Shown: piece after piece, positions 61,279-64,000 of the stretch
Layout of the letters: the number at the start of each line of letters is the position of its first letter
Position numbering within the stretch: the first letter of the stretch is position 1
NCBI GenBank assembly: GCA_965214835.1
Contig: CBDCCK010000002.1
Span: 320,001 to 384,000, forward strand
Origin: Nitrosopumilaceae archaeon
GTDB taxonomy: Archaea; Thermoproteota; Nitrososphaeria; Nitrososphaerales; Nitrosopumilaceae
Direction: 5' to 3'
DNA length: 64,000 nucleotides
The notes under the pieces: generated by a model
Told to the model about the DNA's origin: nothing
Seen by the model: only the letters and a program-made list of their open reading frames with translations
Database searches by the model: none
Program-made: the position numbers and the translations under genes

Positions 61279-61363
61279 CGGTGAGTGTGGGATTCGAACC
61301 CACGAAGGCTTTCCACCTTGCAGGTCATAAGCCTGCCACTCTAACCAACTAAGTGAACTCACC
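61279..61363 (-). tRNA. Class II (long variable arm) tRNA with UAU anticodon
   Basis: Acceptor GGTGAGT/ACTCACC plus G73; anticodon arm GCAGG-CTTATGA-CCTGC; variable arm AAGGT-GGAAA-GCCTT; T-arm GTGGG-TTCGAAT-CCCAC; upstream TATA-like box and downstream T-run. Confidence 0.85.
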
Positions 61364-61450
61364 ATGTATTAGATTAACAGTATGGTTATTTATTAGTTGT
61401 GGTTAACAGATCGGTTAAGATTTATATTAGCAACGTTGCTTCAAAACAAC

Positions 61451-61636
61451 ATGACACGCTACAAAAAGGACGCAAGGGAGTTTGATGTGAGCCTCACCAA
61501 AAGCAGGAACAGGGACGGATCTGAAAGCCTGATCTGCCGCGTACCGAGAATCATAGTAGAAACACTGGGCGAGCCAAACAGCCTGAAATTCCTTATCAAG
61601 AGCAAGAACATAGTTGTGACCGCAGGTGAGAAGTGA
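61451..61636 (+). CDS. AbrB/MazE-like small DNA-binding protein
   Basis: FDVSL...SLICRVPRIIVETLG...LKF....IVV swapped-hairpin pattern; divergent from tRNA/transposase. Confidence 0.65.
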   Translation: MTRYKKDAREFDVSLTKSRNRDGSESLICRVPRIIVETLGEPNSLKFLIKSKNIVVTAGEK

Positions 61637-61742
61637 TGTTACCGTACCATAAGGAAGCCAACAGTAGAGATTTTGGGCAATCCAAACCAACTCGTGTTCA
61701 AACTTGTAAAAAAGAAGGCAATCATAAAAGGTGTAATCTGAA
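61636..61742 (+). pseudogene. Degenerate second copy of the AbrB-like C-terminal half
   Basis: RTIRKPTVEILGNPNQLVFKLVKKKAII aligns with RVPRIIVETLGEPNSLKFLIKSKNIVV. Confidence 0.5.
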
Positions 61743-62532
61743 ATGAAAAAGTCCCTCCAACGGATATACAATACCGACTGTATGGATTTTATGAGTAGTT
61801 ATTCCGGTAAAAAATTCGATGTTATCGTCACATCCCCACCATACAACGTAAACAAGAAATACAACATCTATTTGGATAACCTGACCCTAGTAGACTACCT
61901 AAAGTGGGTGGAGTTGTGGGGGGGGGCTCTATGACCTACTTTCAGACAACGGATCATTTTTCCTAAACATAGGCTACACTGCTAAAAACCCGAACATACC
62001 GTTTGATGTCCAGCGCGTGCTGTCAAAGTACTTCAAGACGCAGAACATATTCCACTGGATAAAGTCAATATCAATACCTGAGTCAAACATATCCGTCGGA
62101 CATTTCAAGCCCATTAATACGCCACGTTTCGTAAACCAGTGCCATGAATTTGTGTTTCATTTCACCAAAAATGGTAACGTGCCTCTTGACAAACTGTCGA
62201 TAGGAGTTTCGTATGCAGATAAAAGTAACATAACGCGCTGGAACCACGGAAACACAAAACGTGACAGGGGAAACACGTGGTTCATACCATATGAGACAAA
62301 AAATGGGAATATGAGACATCCTTGTGAGTTTCCGGTCAAGCTCCCTGAAATGTGCATCATGCTACATGGCGTAAAAAACGACCTTTTTGTCTATGATCCG
62401 TTTATGGGAATCGGCTCCACGGCCATTGCGTGTAAAAGACTTGGTGTAAGGTGTGTCGGCACCGAGATAGATCCAGAGTATGTGGATGTTGCAAACCAAA
62501 GACTTGAAAACGAGGTGTTGATTTGTCAGTAG
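61743..62532 (+). CDS. Beta-class amino (N4-C/N6-A) DNA methyltransferase, +1 frameshift in G9 tract
   Basis: Motif IV TSPPY in 61743-61934; [14 protein letters not shown], motif [10 protein letters not shown] in the next frame; G9 at 61918-61926. Confidence 0.88.
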
Positions 62533-63074
62533 AGTTTCATAGTCTCATAAAGGACACATGCGATAAAACGGTACTGCAAACGCAAAAGAGCCATCCAATA
62601 CTGAAGATACTATCAAATGGTCTTAACATAATTCTACGAAAATCAAAATACACAAGGTATGAAGACAGGCGTATAAACGATTTAGGCAAGTCGTTGGAAC
62701 AGGAGATAAAGGACATAATAACACACGATAATGACATCAAGCTTATTCCATACAGTCAACACCTGGGTTATCCTGATCTACGTGTCCAAATACATGGTAA
62801 AGTCGTGTTTATTGAGATAAAGACAACGTCAAAAGAAGAAAATTTTGATTCAACTCAACGTGTGTTTTATTACACAAATGGCAACAAGATAAGCGACGAC
62901 GGATACCACCTACTCATACAGCTGTTCTTGGAAGCATCACCATCAAATCCAAATTCCTACATTTTCAAGAAGTGGAGGATAAGGGACCTGTATTCTCTAA
63001 GTGTAAGCCTAAAGCGAGAATACAATGCGAGCTATAGAGATTTAAACAACTTACCCGTATTGTGTGGTTCCTAG
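62523..63074 (+). CDS. Putative type II restriction endonuclease (PD-(D/E)xK)
   Basis: GYPDL...FIEIKT catalytic motif; overlaps the MTase stop; AT-rich. Confidence 0.75.
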   Translation: MSVEFHSLIKDTCDKTVLQTQKSHPILKILSNGLNIILRKSKYTRYEDRRINDLGKSLEQEIKDIITHDNDIKLIPYSQHLGYPDLRVQIHGKVVFIEIKTTSKEENFDSTQRVFYYTNGNKISDDGYHLLIQLFLEASPSNPNSYIFKKWRIRDLYSLSVSLKREYNASYRDLNNLPVLCGS

Positions 63075-63075
63075 A

Positions 63076-63267
63076 ATGGAATGTAACAACCGCTGTGAAA
63101 AATTCAGAAAAGCTAGGAGATACAACACACAGGATTCCAAATACTGTGTTAATTGTGACATCTTTCTAGAAACCAAAAACAACCGCTGTCCTTGTTGCAA
63201 CAATCAATTGCGAACCGGGCCGGCAAACTCAAAAAACAGAAAAAACCACCGTAAAAAATCCGAATAA
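63076..63267 (+). CDS. Small Cys-rich Zn-finger protein
   Basis: C...C, YCVNC, RCPCC..QLRT with basic tail. Confidence 0.7.
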   Translation: MECNNRCEKFRKARRYNTQDSKYCVNCDIFLETKNNRCPCCNNQLRTGPANSKNRKNHRKKSE

Positions 63268-63547
63268 ATGGCGCTGTCCAGCCACAAAAATTCATCTCAA
63301 AGATCTACACCCTAGGTGCCTAAAACTACACAAAACAGCCCGAAAGGTCAGATTGCCCAGGTATTCCTGATCCAAGCAAAATTCCATATCACCAAGATTG
63401 CACAGAACCGCCCGTCCTATACTTTTAATATGAGATATGAGAATACTAAGCAGGTGGGTAAAGTCTGTTGAGCAATCAATAGGATCTTGACCGAAACAAT
63501 GACGTCTGTTCGGACAGATAGGAAGGAGTAGGTCAAGAGTCACCATT

Positions 63548-64000
63548 AGACTTTATGATTAAAAATTCCGCAAGGTTTTCCAAGCGCAGTCGTGCTGATC
63601 AGACCAAGCTGCTGCATGCAGATGTGTCATGACGCATGCAAAAATCTGCTCATGTCAAAAAGACGTGCGCAGCCCTGCAGCACGGCCATGTGCCTTGCTG
63701 ACGAATCAGAAAAAAGGCGGCCCGTGCCGCCGTACGTTATATGTCAAGCAGGTGACCGTGGCGCCTTTTCTTTTTCAGTATCGTCTTGAGGTTCTCAAGA
63801 CCTGTAATTACCTGTATGAAATAGTTGAGATCCCTAGCGGTTCCGCCAAACGGCATGGTCAGGATGTCATATTTTTTGAGCCGCCCGATGTGGTGCACCA
63901 CCCTGACGCGCACCCTGCTTATCTGCTTACGGCGCCTCTTTTGCGTCGCGGCAAGCTCCCCGTCTCTGGGCTTCTTAGGAGGATGCCTGTTTGTGGCGTC
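63548..64000 (-). mobile_element. Second IS5/ISL2-type element (partial, runs off the window)
   Basis: TIR AGACTTTATG at 63548; minus-strand 63737-64000 encodes KKPR.GEL...QISRVRVRVVHHIGRLK, homologous to the 59169 transposase but with the catalytic E replaced by V. Confidence 0.8.

Larger units (their letters stand above)
58331..63409 (-). mobile_element. IS6-family cargo transposon (transposase, tRNA, AbrB-like regulator, R-M system)
   Basis: TIRs GGTTCTGTGTAAGATTGGTGACCTAGAAT / (rc) GGTTCTGTGCAATCTTGGTGATATGGAAT (23/29); exact 8-bp TSD GCCCGTCC at 58323-58330 and 63410-63417. Confidence 0.92.

Noticed and set aside
61279-61363. tRNA as the attachment site of an integrated element
   Set aside because: No duplicated tRNA 3' end and no tyrosine integrase in the window; the tRNA lies inside TIR/TSD-defined boundaries.

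Overview
Archaeal chromosome segment from an ammonia-oxidising thaumarchaeote (Nitrosopumilaceae/Cenarchaeum-like, inferred from gene content: Topo VI, archaeal ribosomal proteins, blue-copper CFI-box protein, TFEbeta, intron-containing tRNA-Gln). Most of the window is conserved housekeeping DNA for translation, tRNA/rRNA modification, nucleotide synthesis, RadA and Topo VI. The intergenic spaces are crowded with mobile DNA: IS481, IS630, IS5/ISL2-type and IS6 elements, plus about 20 MITEs in several families, many with exact target-site duplications and some nested. There is also a decayed HicAB/intact AbiE toxin-antitoxin islet. The main finding is a sharply bounded 5.08-kb single-transposase IS6-family cargo transposon (58331-63409; 29-bp TIRs, exact 8-bp TSD GCCCGTCC). 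It carries a SWIM-zinc-finger IS6 transposase split by a younger IS5-type IS, a class II (long variable arm, G73, G37) tRNA gene with the Ile anticodon UAU just upstream of the transposase, an AbrB-like regulator, and a type II restriction-modification pair whose methyltransferase is frameshifted inside a G9 tract. All family assignments come from motif recognition by eye; no database searches were run.
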